DNA of 64,000 bases, from positions 271,126,001 through 271,190,000 of the forward strand of contig OZ024742.1 of the NCBI GenBank assembly GCA_964016885.1, given 5' to 3'. This document shows positions 1 through 18,389 of the stretch, piece after piece (position 1 is the stretch's first letter; every line of letters starts with the position of its first letter). The DNA is from Eledone cirrhosa. Its lineage: Eukaryota. The translations under genes and the position numbers were made by a program. The notes beneath the pieces were generated by a model. That model was not told the DNA's origin. It did no database searches and saw nothing but the letters and a program-made list of their open reading frames with translations.

Positions 1-1910
1 TTTGGATTATTTTAGATATTAATAATTTAGATTCGGATTTTTATATATTTGACTCTGTTTTAAATATATCATTTGGATATTTAACTTGTAAGATTACCGG
101 TTATAATTGAACCGTGTATCATTCATATGTTTTATATATTTTACTTATTTTGCTATGTTTTAGGCGTCATAAAGTTAGATTTGCACATATATATGTTTTA
201 TGTATATCTAAGTATAAATATAACAAACCATACGAGTCGACAAATATTGGTCTCTCTTTCGACTGAACTGGAGGTAACACTACAATTATAACATTACTAA
301 TAATGATTGTAATAATCTATTTATTATATGTATATCGTTTCACTAATAGCTATAATACTCTCTCTATATAGTTGTACAAATATGTTTATCTAGTGTAATA
401 ACATGCTCGTAGTTACATTTTTAAGTAATTTAGATACTCAAATGACTCTCTATTGTTATAAGTGTTAGATATTCCCTGGATGTTCGAAATTATATAATGA
501 TTATTACTTAATTTAATTTAATTTACTTTATTTTAATTAAATTTAGATTGCCTTCTGCATTCTCTATGTTTAACTCCTCTTTCTATCACATTCGCTGGAC
601 ATTTTAGAAGTATCTTTTGTCTACTATATATTAAAACCCTCTTCCATTTTAAACTATATTTTTAATATTGGGCATTTTTATGTCTCGCAAACAATTCATT
701 ATTTTTCACTTTTTACTTTTTATTTTGTATTTAGCCCTTATCCTAAAGACTCATGTAGTTTTGACTTATATATTTATAGTATATATCTATTAAATGATCT
801 TTTTACAATAATTAATCTAAAACCTTAATTTTTAACAATATTTTCAGTAACTTATTTACTATATTGTATTATGTTATTTATATTTGAAAGGTATCATCTT
901 AAGTCCTTGGACAATATAATCTTCGTGTAATTTTTCTTTTGATAAACACATATATGTAATTTAAAATTCAGACCTCTTTAAGTTTAATTATAAGGCCTGT
1001 TGATCCTTTAGGCTCTCAAATTGTTAATCAGAAATTCTTTAAAAATTATAACTGTAACTATTTTCTAAGTTATATTATATAAACTGTTGTCAATATTATA
1101 AATAACTTTGGTAAAGTTTACCTTCGTGAGGTTGTTAAAACATTATGTTTTCTTTCTCGTGTTTGTAAATACTTTAAATTTGATTTCATAAAATTTGATT
1201 TTAGAAATTAAATTTGATGGTATACTTTAATATTAATACAGATACCTATTAACTTCTAAAACCTAAAATATTATTCATTACTCTGAACTAACTTAAATTA
1301 AATATTTTGAATATTAACGGTCAACCAGATATGTTTAGATATATATATATATATATAGATGATTGTCTAAAAACTTGAACATATGTGACTACTCTTTGTT
1401 CTCTCTCTGTAATCAACTCTCTTATTTTTGAGGCCTCTACTAACTATATTATCCTATCAGCTATTTCTACCTTTATGCTTTCCTTTCTTTCCTCTTTCTT
1501 CAGTAATTTAATTTTTTTAACTGTTATATTGATGCCAAGTAATTTTAAGCTGTCTCACACGCACCTTCTCTAATGTATGTATTATATATTTTTCTCATAT
1601 TCTCAATATTAAGGTATATAAATATTGAGTTTTGTCATATATTACTCACTACCATGACTCAATCTTATCCATCTACTATATCAGGGTATGTCAGGCATCA
1701 TCTTATTTTATCTGATGAGGATGTACTGTTGAAGTTAACTCAGTACCTCCGAAATATGTATAATAAAATGTACTTCATCACAAAAATATATATTTTGTTA
1801 ATATTTTGAATTAATATTAATAATTCTGGAAAACCAAACCAGTTGAGTGCTTCCAATATATTGTAAAACTCGTGATTTGATTTATTCATTGAACCTTGTT
1901 TAATTTTAAA
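1..1910 (+). mobile_element. 3' UTR, pseudo-LTR (pLTR) and tail of a Penelope-like element; ORF lies upstream of the window
   Basis: AT-rich non-coding DNA ending in an HHR (1705-1769) and a tail (...agttgagtgcttccaat...) similar to tails at 27930-28010, 51858-51940 and 55783-55866; ends in (TA)n. Confidence 0.55.
1705..1769 (+). ncRNA. Type I hammerhead ribozyme motif
   Basis: attttat CTGATGA ggatgtactg..cagtacctcc GAAA tatgta TA ataaaat; stems I and II pair. Confidence 0.8.
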
Positions 1911-1918
1911 TATATACA

Positions 1919-1952
<34 letters not shown>

Positions 1953-1978
1953 CATACACACACACATATATGTATATG

Positions 1979-2039
<61 letters not shown>

Positions 2040-2175
2040 AGTGTAATTTTCTACACAAAACGAAGGTTATAGAGAAAATTGAGGTTGGTAATGGCACAAG
2101 GAATATATAAGAGACAGAATACTTTTTTGTGAAAAAACATAATTTTATAAGGTAACGAAATAATAAAGGGTATAA

Positions 2176-2223
2176 AAAATGACCGGTTTCGATGGGTCTG
2201 CAAAAGCCATCTTTTCAAATGTT
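2176..2223 (-). ncRNA. HHR-like motif with U3-A8 core variant (inverted copy)
   Basis: Reverse complement of 4447-4494. Confidence 0.5.
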
Positions 2224-2539
2224 GATTAATATTAAGAAAAATTAATAATACGAAGAGTTAAAATTTCAGATTTGAAAATTCATGTATAAAATACATTGTG
2301 GGATTTCATAGTAGTTTTCATCTAGGTAGCAACAACAGGTTGACTGCTGTGTCCCTTTCTGGTAGTGAATGAGAAGTTATTTGGGGTGTGGGGTTATTTT
2401 ATAAAGGTCAGATTTAGCAATCGCCAACTGGCCAGCTGCTGGTCAGTGAGGGGTGGAAGCAATATACATACACGTATCTTCCTGTGGTGGGTAGGAGACT
2501 GGAGCGTGATAGAAAGGGATTTAGTGCACTTACACCTCA

Positions 2540-3262
2540 TCTTAAGAGCATTTCCACTTACCCTTATCTTAAGAGCATTTCCACTTGAAATAATCAACAA
2601 TGGAATAGACAGGGCAAAACACCTAAATCCCCATCAACTTAACAATCCAAAACAGAAAACCACACTCAACACCCTGCCATATGTATCCACTTTCAACCCC
2701 AGAAATAACGAAATGTTTGATCACCTACACAAAAACCTCCCCATCCTACTTAAAGATGTAACAATGAAGTCTATTATTGAAACACACAAGATCCTTAAAA
2801 GTAAAAGACAACCCAAATCACTTAAACGCATTCTCACTGGACCAAATATACCCAAACCAATCCTCAACCCTACAGTTACCAAATGTGGTAGAACAAACTG
2901 TGGAACGTGCCTCTACCTCACTGAAGGACAAACATTTACATTCAAAGATGGCCAAACATTTACAGTAAAAAACAATTTCACCTGCAACTCGGAGAACTTG
3001 ATTTACGCAATAACTTGCGGTGGGTGCAAACACAACTACATAGGACAGACGGGCACCTCATTACGCAAAAGAATGACCATCCACCGCCAACAAATCCGGG
3101 ACGCTAACACCTGAAAAATCCCCTTGAGCAGCCATATTGCGAACTTTAAAATCTTCCCCTTCTACAAGTGCTCAGATTCGTTCACACAGCAACAAAGAAT
3201 AAACAAAGAAAATCTATTCCTTAACAAATTTAAACCAAAACTAAACGGGTTATCACCCCAAT
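2540..3262 (+). pseudogene. PLE linker plus GIY-YIG endonuclease fragment
   Basis: KCGRTNCGTC...LIYAITCGGCKHNYIGQTGTSLRKRMTIHRQQIR; TGA at 3112-3114, frame continues KIPLSSHI...KFKPKLN. Confidence 0.85.
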
Positions 3263-3554
3263 AGAATTGTCATAATATATAAACACACATACGCACGGAA
3301 TCACTAATATTAAAGACCAGAGACCAATTCTGTAGAATCAGGTTTATTCGTTGACAGACCATGCCTTTGTGTGACCAACACATCCATGTTAAACCCTGCA
3401 CGTGCACACACATATATCTATATATATATGCGCACACAGAATTCACCACTGTCGGTTGCGGGGCCCAATCTACATGAAGAACTCAATGTGATCAGAATGA
3501 CTTGTATTTTAATTTCACTGTCCCAACTTCTTATATTATGGAAAACATATATGT

Positions 3555-3860
3555 GTCTGTATGTATATATATATATATATATATTTGGAGGCCATTTCTC
3601 TGTGTGTGGGTGTATGTATGTGTATATGTGTGTGTGTGTGTGTGTGCATGTGGATGTATGTATTGTGTGTGCGTGTGTGTGTGTGTGTAGGTATGTGTGT
3701 ATCTGGATGTATGCGTATGTGTATATATATATATATATATGCGTGTGTGTGTGTGTGTGTATACATATGTGTGTGTATGTGTATATATATGTGTGTGTGT
3801 GTGTATGTTTGTATGTGTGTATGTATATATATGCGTGTGTGTGTGTATGTATGTGTGGGG

Positions 3861-3896
<36 letters not shown>

Positions 3897-4133
3897 GTGT
3901 ATATATATATATGTGTGTGTGTGTGTATGAATGTGTGTATCTGGATGTATGTGTGTATATATGTGTGTGTGTGTGTGTGTGTATATATTATATATATATA
4001 TATGTGTGTGTATGTGTATATATGTGTGTGTGTGTGTATGTGTGTATGTATATGTATGTGTGTGTATGTATGTATGTATATGTATATGTATATGTATGTA
4101 TGTGTGGATGAAGGTATATGTGTGTGTATATAT
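3555..4133. repeat. (TG)n/(TA)n compound microsatellite
   Basis: Seen directly. Confidence 0.95.
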
Positions 4134-4446
4134 AGGTGTAAGTGCACTAAATCCCTTTCTATCACGCTCCAGTCTCCTACCCACCACAGGAAGATATGTG
4201 TATGTATATTGCTTCCACCCCTCACTGACCAGCAGCTGGCCAGTTGGCGATTGCTAAATCTGACCTTTATAAAATAACCCACATCCCAAATAACTTCTCA
4301 TTCACTACCAGGAAGGGACACAGCAGTCAACCTGTTGTTGCTACCTAGATGAAAACTACTATGAAATCCCACAATGTATTTCATACATGAATTTTCAAAT
4401 CTGAAATTTTAACTCTTCGTATTATTAATTTTTCTTAATATTAATC

Positions 4447-4494
4447 AACATTTGAAAAGATGGCTTTTGCAGACCCATCGAAACCGGTCATTTT
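4447..4494 (+). ncRNA. HHR-like motif with U3-A8 core variant
   Basis: aacat TTGAAAA gatgg..ccatc GAAA ccgg TC atttt. Confidence 0.5.
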
Positions 4495-4594
4495 TTATAC
4501 CCTTTATTATTTCCTTACCTTATAAAATTATGTTTTTTCACAAAAAAGTATTCTGTCTCTTATATATTCCATGTGCCATTACCAACCTCAATTT

Positions 4595-4630
<36 letters not shown>

Positions 4631-5387
4631 CATATATATATATGTATAAATATATATATATATATATATATATAAGAGAGTATTGAAGTTTGCTTGAAGC
4701 ATTGAGGAATAATAAATAAATATATTTAAGTCGTGTGGAAGCCTCGACAATGCAAGTGGGTAAATCTCTGGGTAACAAGATCCGGTGGTGGAGAGAGAGA
4801 TGTAAGTGTGTGTACGTTGAGATGCGTGGTGTGTAAAGATGTGTAAATGTGTAGAAGAAAGAAGGGAAGAGTATAAAGGATAAAATTAAAATAACAACAC
4901 AAGAGAGAGTTACCTTGGGAGAGATTTAATAGTCCTTATATATTTCGGATTCACATCCATCAACTGGGTTTTTTCCGGGGTAAAGGTTGTCTGTCGGACA
5001 GGTGAGAAACGCGTCCTCCGCTGTTTGTTGTTTTGAATATCTGAGGTATTCGGCAGAGCGCGCGTGCGAGTGAAATGGGGTCGGTAGGGCAGAGGTCAGC
5101 GGCCGAATGAGGGAGTGGGGTGGCGCTAGCTGTCAGTCATTCTCTGCCTGTTTGTTAAATGTTACTGTGTGTGTGTGTGCGTGTGTTGTTGTCTCGCTAG
5201 AGTGTGTGTGTGTGTGTGCGTGTGTAGTTGCCTTGTTCCTCTGTATTGGCAGTGTAGTATGTTCGTATGGTGGAATGCTACTGTGTGTGTGTGTGTGCAG
5301 TTGTCTCGTTTGTGTGTGCGTGTGTTGTGTGTTGCTACATCGTTTGTTAACTTAAACCAGCCATCTCATTTCGCTTCTCTCTAATCC

Positions 5388-10647
<5,260 letters not shown>

Positions 10648-10765
10648 TTAATAAGAGGAATTCCAACTTTGTCTGATTTACTCGTTTTATTTACAATCCT
10701 TTAAAATATATATAATGGTATTATAATGAAATAGTATGATAGAATATTAAATTCTAAGTGTTAAT

Positions 10766-10804
10766 TGAACAAGTACTTTCATGCTTTCGCAATCTTCAGG
10801 TTCA
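10766..10804 (-). ncRNA. Minimal type I hammerhead ribozyme
   Basis: Minus strand: tgaac CTGAAGA ttgc gaaa gcat GAAA gtac TT gttca. Confidence 0.85.
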
Positions 10805-11164
10805 TGATATGTGGTGACAGTCGAGTTTGCAATTTTCAACTGTAATGAGATGGGTAAATTTCCTACCTTTTATACATTTTATACAGAGAAAAGTGGCTCC
10901 AGAATGCAAAGCCCTGTAAACTGTATTTCGACCAATCAGTGTGTAGTTTCACTGAATTACTACAGCTGATTGGTTTAAGCGTCACGGCTGGTTGAGCATG
11001 CTAACGACCAATAGTCATATCCAACGTATCAATTGTTTTGCTTTTTTGAAATGATGAAAATAGCATTTTCTATTAATCATCACCATCAACATCACTTTTA
11101 TTATTATTATTATTGTTGTTGTTGTTGTTGTTAGTGGTAGTAGAAGTAATACCCCTAGGCGTTA

Positions 11165-11428
11165 TTATTGTTCATTTAGCTTGGGTTTGAATTTATCAAT
11201 AAAATTATTTTCTTTGATTTTTCTCTTGATTTCATTTGGGCTGTGTAATTTGTAGAATGGGAATATTATAAATATTCCCTGACCACATGTTGCCAGGTGG
11301 CCGCTTAGGGGTATCTGACGGACATTTGGGTCTCTGATTTGTTGACGGTGTACCCGTGCACGTTCCGATAGTGCATTTCCAGTTTGACCGACATATAGTT
11401 CTTCACAATTCGGGCATTTAATGCAGTA
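11165..11428 (-). pseudogene. PLE GIY-YIG endonuclease C-terminal part (cut by the gap)
   Basis: YCIKCPNCEELYVGQTGNALSERARVHRQQIRD...KENNFIDKFKPKLN. Confidence 0.85.
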
Positions 11429-11628
11429 NNNNNNNNNNNNNNNNNNNNNNNNNNNNNNNNNNNNNNNNNNNNNNNNNNNNNNNNNNNNNNNNNNNNNNNN
11501 NNNNNNNNNNNNNNNNNNNNNNNNNNNNNNNNNNNNNNNNNNNNNNNNNNNNNNNNNNNNNNNNNNNNNNNNNNNNNNNNNNNNNNNNNNNNNNNNNNNN
11601 NNNNNNNNNNNNNNNNNNNNNNNNNNNN
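11429..11628. other. Assembly gap (200 N)
   Basis: Run of N. Confidence 1.
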
Positions 11629-11634
11629 TGAAAA

Positions 11635-11671
<37 letters not shown>

Positions 11672-12013
11672 AAACCTGTTGATAAACTGAGTCCTCTGTT
11701 CAGTCACCAATACCACGATCTTGCCATTCAAGTAAGTATGATATTTGATTTCGGATTCAGCGAAACACTTTAATCGTATGCCCGTTTGATTTGTCCAGGT
11801 GTATTTTTCTCAACCTGATTAGTTCTATCGTTGCTTTGGTATATATTGTGTGTTGGTTTCGCCTACCACAATGTTCGATTTGTCAAGCTATTTAAACGTA
11901 TCTTATAACTCTGAGGCCCTATCTTATCGAGTACTTTGCTAACTCATCATTTCATATAAGTAGGCCGAATTTACTTGCAAACCGCCAGAGATTCGATTTT
12001 ACTGATTTCAAAT

Positions 12014-12069
<56 letters not shown>

Positions 12070-12074
<5 letters not shown>

Positions 12075-12355
12075 TAAATGGAATTCCAACTTTGTCTGAT
12101 TTACTCGTTTTATTTACAATCCTTTAAAATTTATAATGGTATTGTTGAAATGTTCGACAGTTGAAAATTGCAAACTTGACTGTCACCACACATTATGAAC
12201 CTGAAGATTGCGAAAGCATGAAAGTACTTGTTCAATTAATACTTAACATTTAATATTCTACGATACTATTTCATTCTAATGCCATTATAAATTTTAAAGG
12301 ATTGTAAATAAAACGAGTAAATCAGACAAAGTAGTAATTCCTTTTATTTAATATA
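12070..12355 (+). mobile_element. Solo pLTR fold-back of the 10.6-kb PLE family
   Basis: 12157-12355 is the reverse complement of 10648-10843; 12070-12143 is an inverted copy of its own 3' end. Confidence 0.75.
12196..12234 (+). ncRNA. Minimal type I hammerhead ribozyme
   Basis: tgaac CTGAAGA ttgc gaaa gcat GAAA gtac TT gttca. Confidence 0.85.
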
Positions 12356-12412
12356 ATCTTCTGTACACAATCATACACGCCCGTGTATATTTATCTATCT
12401 CTCTATATATAT

Positions 12413-12496
<84 letters not shown>

Positions 12497-12644
12497 TTAT
12501 ACTTTGGGAGGGTCATGTTGCCAATAAGAAACACACGCACCAGTTGCCTTCACTTCAATGTATTATAATACATTTATAAATTTAGGAATTTATAAATTTC
12601 CGGTTGGTTGGTTGGTTCCACAACCAGATGGTTGTTTATATATT

Positions 12645-12687
12645 GTTAAAGTTCTTTCGTTACACATCATGTGACCTCTTCAGTGAC
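12645..12687 (-). ncRNA. Hammerhead ribozyme motif in the PLE 3' region
   Basis: Minus strand: gtca CTGAAGA ggtcaca tga tgtgtaac GAAA gaac TT taac; stem I imperfect. Confidence 0.6.
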
Positions 12688-12878
12688 TGGGGGTTCTTTT
12701 CTTTGTTTTGTGTGCCTCTCCTTTGTTCTGTCCTACGCCATCTTGTTTTGTGTGTGTGTTGTGTGCTTATTTTGCGCATGTGTTACATCCGGATGTCTGT
12801 ATTCGTTTATGTATTTGTTTATTTACATGTTACTGGTTGGTTGTTTGTTCTATGTTTGTGTGTGTTTTCATTTTGTCC

Positions 12879-14780
12879 TTAGATGTAAGTTGTGATGTTG
12901 CTGTTCCACTCATGTTTTCTATTTAATTTTGGTTGTAATTCATTTATGTTTTTTGCCTCTGTGATTTGTCTAAACATTGCGTCTTTTCTGTGTGTAGATT
13001 CTATTTTTATTTCTATGTTCTCTAATTTATCCTTATGTTCTATTTTAGCATCTTGGTAGAGTACAGATGATTCTTTATTATCTTGAAGGTCTCGCCAGTG
13101 TTCATTTATCCGTTCCCCTATATTACGAGCTGTCTCACCTATGTACACTATATTTGTATCTCTACATCTTAAGCTATATACTACATTTCTGGTTTTACAG
13201 TTAATATGGGGGCTTAATTTACAGATTATACATTTCTTATCTATACAGGGAGGTCTTTGAAAAGGGTATGTCTTGCTAATAAGTGTTTTTATGGAGGTAC
13301 CTCGTCTTTCAACTATCTTAATATTGAGTTTATGTTCATCTAGGGCCCTTCTAAATTTATAAGCTAATTCACCTCTAGGGGTTGTATCGATGAACATTAC
13401 ACTCTGGTATTTATTGCTATCATACCATGAGTTTATTCTATTAGCCTTATTCCTAGTTCTTTCTATTATATGCCAAAAGTTGCTCCTATACAAGGGGCAG
13501 GTCCCATTTGTGTCACTATTTACCATCTTTTCCCATTTGTTTCTGGCTCCTCTATACACTCTGATTGTACCTCTCTGATTGTCACCAGAGAACGGCATAC
13601 GGTGGATGAAGTGCTGTATGTGTCTCTCTAGTTCTTCGGGGTTGCACATACGGGACACGTTTCTCATCACCCGTACCAAATCCGCAATCAGTATGTTGAT
13701 TTTGGTATGGTTCGAAACAGCTGAGTTTCGGTGGATCAGATATTTGGAAGTCATGTGTTTGGCATAATGGGAATGGAGGATTTGCTTTTATTATTAATGG
13801 TATCTAACCAGAGCTCTGTGTCTAGTACAGGTAATCGATGGTTGGGGTGTTTGCTTGGGTAGTCTATAGTAAATCTAATACTCTGGTGGATGGAGTTAGC
13901 TATTTGGTGGATGCTTTCCATTGTGTTTTTCTCTATCTCGTGACTGTTCTCCAGTGGGGGTTTTAACTACGATGTTTATATCAGCAACGTAGCGTGAGTA
14001 CATTATCGGGGTTAAGGGGTCTTCTAATTGTTCTTTAAGCTTAAGTTTAAGTCTACTGTCCCACCATACCATGAATAAGTTAGCTATGTCGCCTGCAATG
14101 CTAACACCAATGGCTGCTCCCTCCTCTTAGGCATATGTTTTTCCATTAAATTTGAACATATGTTCCTTAAGGGTTAATTTTATGCTGGCTCCCATCGCAT
14201 GTGCAATTATTTTCTTTAGTTCATCGTGGTTTTCGGGGGTCCGTATGGCTCTGGTCCACCTGTTCCATCTATCTGTGTGGGTTTTCTTGGCCATTGAGGT
14301 AATGGTAGGTTGTCTGCCTCTTGCTGGTCTTGTAGGGCACAGGTTGCTAAAGCCATATGTGTGTAGATAATTATTACTATAGGTAAGTTTAAGTAGGATT
14401 ACCAGCTCACTGGTATCAATTACCAGCTCACTGATCAATTCTACGCATTTCTCCACAGAAAAATCCACGTCAATAGATGGATATAGGGACATAACATCCA
14501 TACTACCTATTATGCAGTTTGCTAGGTCCCTAGATCGGTTACTCTCGCCGATTCTGCTGAGGAGGTCCTCCGTGCTGTCACATACACCTGGGGACATTTC
14601 AATGATGGGGTGTATGATCAGGGAGAGGAAGTAGTCAGTCTGTAGTTACTAGCAATGTTAGCTCCAGAGACTGGCCGTGTTGGTGTTCCCGTGACAGGGT
14701 CACTGCTCATTTTATGGTCTTTCCGAAGCCCATACAACGCTGGCACGTCATTGTTCCAGGCCTGAAAGTTGTTGGCCATT
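12879..14780 (-). pseudogene. PLE reverse transcriptase plus GIY-YIG, disrupted
   Basis: PALYGLRKDHK, SMDVMSLYPSI, GAAIGVSIAGDIANLFMVWWD, RYVADI, then CxxxxCxxC...VVYSLRC..IVYIGETARNIGERINEH..EAKNINELQPKLN. Confidence 0.9.
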
Positions 14781-14792
14781 TTAAGAGTTACC

Positions 14793-15578
14793 TATATTTG
14801 AAGTTCTAGCTAAACTTTAATTAGTTACCTACCTAGTTATGTTTGCTTACACACTTTATAAATTATTCCCTCAGATTGTTCCATGTGTTTATTTTATATA
14901 TATATATATGTGTCAATCTATTTCAAGTTGATACAAAATGCTCGAAACTATTCATTGGAATTTTTTAGCTTATTCTGCAGTGAATATGTCGCATGTGTCT
15001 CTGATATGACAACCTTACCTTAATTTAATTTTGGATATATATACGTACCCTTGATTGTAGAGCTAATTCAGTTGAACGGACTCGGCTTCTATTTCTAGCT
15101 GTCGATAATCCTATTCACGCCACTGGGATGACGCGGTTCGATGTTGTATTTTTTATAAAATGCAACACGTGGTTCGAGTCATTTACAGATTTGCATTTGC
15201 TGTGTAAACACAGATGGTTGGATCTTCTCCTTTGGAGACCGGCCAGGATTTGACTGCTGTCATTTACGGATTAATTGTTGAAATATATTTTTTATTTAAA
15301 GAAATATATACAAAGGAGATTACTCATTTTAAAAGGTACGTATATTTGAAGTTCTAGTTAAACTTTAATTAGTTACCTACCTAGCTATGTGTGCTGACAC
15401 ACTTTACAAATTATACCCTGAGATTGTTTCATGTCTTTATTTTATATATATGTGTCAATCTATTTCTAGTTGATATAAAATGCTCGGAACTATTCATTGG
15501 AGTCTTTGAACTTATTCTGCAGTGAATATGGAGCATGTCTCTCTGACATGACAACCTTACCTTAATTTAATTTTGTAT
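14793..15578. repeat. Direct repeat (about 240 bp, period about 548 bp), pLTR-like
   Basis: 14793-15040 resembles 15341-15578; inverted copy at 28970-29190. Confidence 0.7.
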
Positions 15579-15609
15579 ATATATATATATATACTTATAT
15601 ATATATATA

Positions 15610-15657
<48 letters not shown>

Positions 15658-15669
15658 AATATATATATA

Positions 15670-16012
15670 TGTTGAAATAAAATGAAAACGAAATTTCATT
15701 TCTCACTCTTAGTACGGCACTTACTTAAATGTAAGTATGTGTGTATACGTACATACATGCATGTATACATACGTACAGTAGCATGCACGATATATATATA
15801 TACATACATATATATACATACAGGTACACATACATATATGCACGTATCAGTTTAGCGGACGCCTATTATAACGCCGCTTTGTTCGTTTGTAAACAAACTG
15901 AACAGCCTGCATTTTTATGCCGTACGGTGTTAAGGCAACCACGTCACCTTTTTCTTCATCACTGACACAGGAACGATACGTGCATATATGTATGTGTACC
16001 TGTATGTATATA

Positions 16013-16090
<78 letters not shown>

Positions 16091-16145
16091 CATGCTACTG
16101 TACGTCTGTATACATACATGTATGTACGTATACCCACATACTTAT
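15670..16145 (-). mobile_element. Partial fold-back copy of the 472-bp HHR repeat family
   Basis: 15670-15977 matches the first ~310 bp of the unit at 19741; 15978-16145 is an inverted copy of 15730-15847. Confidence 0.8.
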
Positions 16146-16278
16146 ATATATATGTATATATTAAAATAACAGATTAAAGTTTAAGGTAAGAATCGCTGCT
16201 TTCACCCTTATTGGGATCTTCTGAAACTTAATAAATATTTCATCTAGGGTTCTTATATATATATATATATATATATAT

Positions 16279-17999
16279 AACGGAAGAAATGTGGTAAGGA
16301 ACCAGGTGGACCATGACGCACCAAAGTACTCAATACTTAGGGTAGTAGAGTGGGTAATAGGAACGAATAGGACCCCGACGGCTGAGCACAAGCCGTTTCG
16401 ACGGCTAATTCTGGACTAAATGAAAATGTTTATCTTGGTATTTGAATAGCCGAGCTTCTCAAGGGGTAATTCCATATATGGTCAACGTGATTCTCACAGG
16501 GATTGGTCAACAGTTTGTAGTTGAGACATAATAATTCAATGATGGCAATTTGTGGAGGGAAGGGGTAGCTAAACCTGCCAGTAGGAGAAAGAGGGAGAGG
16601 GGGTGGAGGAGACCCATTCATGCGTTGATAGTGCCGGCTACAGCTGGGCGTGAGGTCAAAGAAGATACTAGGGAGGGGGAGGGGGAGGAAGTCGAAACAG
16701 TAAGTAGAACAATAAGGGGTAAATATATAGAAAAATACTGAGAGTGTTAAAAAGCAATTAAATGTAAAAAAAATAAACAAATTCTGGTTACTACGACCTA
16801 AGTCTCTCACTATTGCTAGGCTAAAAAAATATACTAGGTGGGATGGAATTAAAATGAGACCTTTTTAAGAGGTATAAGTAATAAACCGAGTATGTCTTAC
16901 GATGACGGGTCAACAAGTGAGGGGCCAAAATACTAAAGAAACTACCACGAAATAATAAATTACCCCTTGAGAAGCTCGGCTATTCAAATACCAGGATACA
17001 AATTTTCATTTAGTCCAGAATTAGCAGTCGAAACGGCTTGAGCTCAGCCGTCGGTGTCCTACTCGTTCCTATTACCCACTCTACTACCCTAAGTATTCAT
17101 ACTTTGGTGCGTTATGGTCCACCTGGTTCCTTACAACATTTCTTCCGTTATCTAGCTCCTATTCCCGTAGTAGAGAACTTTCCGACCCTACCACGCCGTA
17201 TCCAGACTTTTCTGCTAAGCTCAAGTTCTTTCACCCGTACCATGCGAAAACACAACATCGACTTCTCTACCAAGAACCTCCCAGTCCCACCGAAACATTT
17301 TTACCTTCGGATCCTCACGAAAAAATCGATCTATTTGCGAAAAGACTTAGATGGAGAACTTTTTTCTACGACAGATATTGCGACAATCAGGACTTCAGTA
17401 CCAAGGAGAGATTCGGATTTATTACCTACAAATCTCCCCCTCCGAACCTTATGCTCTCACCCTTCGAGAATCACTTTTTCCAACTGGTCAAGAACATTAA
17501 ATTCAAACCCAGACACAACCGATCCCTACAAAAACTCCGTAGCAACTTAACAGAGTATGATAACACCAATGACATCATGGTGCACTCGGATAAAACTGGG
17601 AACCTCTGCTTTGTCAACCCCGACAGATACCACACACTGATCAGGAGCAGCCTAAACTCCACCTATAAAAAGGCTAACCACTCATGCATCGAGGACATAA
17701 ATCGAGATGGACAACAATTTACCTCCAGCCTCGGGGTCGACGACCGCACGGAACCCCTAGACCCACGGACACTCTACTTCACACTGAACGACCACAAATC
17801 CGATTTTGACCGTAAACCTTCTATCAGGCTTATAAACCCAACGAAGTCCGGGAGAATCAGCAAAAAAATCCTAGACCGCGTGATACCAAAAGTTAAGCAA
17901 CACGCCCGACTTAGCCTATAGGTCAACACCCAGGAAGTAATCTCATGGTTCAGTAATATGGAGGAAAAACGAGACATTGAATTCATCCAGTTTGACATT
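16279..17999 (+). mobile_element. PLE fragment: inverted pLTR pair followed by the decayed ORF N-terminus and start of RT
   Basis: 16279-16471 is the reverse complement of 16958-17151; then MRKHNIDFSTKNLPVP..., SDKTGNL, DHKSDFDRKPSIRLINPTKS, FIQFDI; ends in (TA)n. Confidence 0.8.
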
Positions 18000-18039
18000 T
18001 ATATATATATATATATATATATTTGGCAGTCCAAATCAA

Positions 18040-18217
18040 CCTTTTCAAATACAAGTCGATGTTGTTACGGTATGTCGAATCTATTTATCTATAAAACTGT
18101 TTATATTGTATTTTGTCTGAGGAAGGCATAGCATATTGTTAATATGATATCCCTGAAATATATATAATGAAATAAATATGGTTTTATAAATATAGTTTCC
18201 ATTTATTTAATATTGTA
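18040..18217 (+). mobile_element. Solo pLTR between (TA)n tracts
   Basis: Closely similar to 27745-27923. Confidence 0.75.
18109..18174 (+). ncRNA. Type I hammerhead ribozyme motif
   Basis: tattttgt CTGAGGA aggcatagcatatt gtt aatatgatatccct GAAA tatata TA atgaaata. Confidence 0.75.
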
Positions 18218-18267
18218 TATTTATATATATATATTTATATATATATATATTTATATATATATATATT

Positions 18268-18360
<93 letters not shown>

Positions 18361-18389
18361 TTATATATATATATATATATATATTATGT

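Larger units (their letters stand above)
2072..4599 (+). mobile_element. 5'-truncated PLE with an inverted copy of its pLTR at the 5' end
   Basis: 2072-2537 is the near-identical reverse complement of 4134-4599; encloses a GIY-YIG fragment and a (TG/TA)n tract. Confidence 0.8.
10648..11428 (-). mobile_element. 3' end of a PLE (GIY-YIG, 3' UTR, pLTR with HHR) abutting (TA)n
   Basis: GIY-YIG frame 11428-11165, HHR 10766-10804; pLTR also found at 12070-12355. Confidence 0.8.

Noticed and set aside
2365-3114. 249-aa ORF as an intact gene
   Set aside because: Its first ~58 codons come from the inverted pLTR; it is a chance fusion to a truncated GIY-YIG frame
3112-3114. In-frame TGA as selenocysteine or readthrough (some PLEs encode selenoproteins)
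   Set aside because: It aligns with Arg in the paralogue at 11.3 kb (NVRQIPLS versus NT*KIPLS), consistent with CGA-to-TGA decay, and is not at a Cys position
11165-11731. 188-aa ORF spanning the N gap
   Set aside because: It joins unrelated sequence across unknown bases; only 11165-11428 is supported
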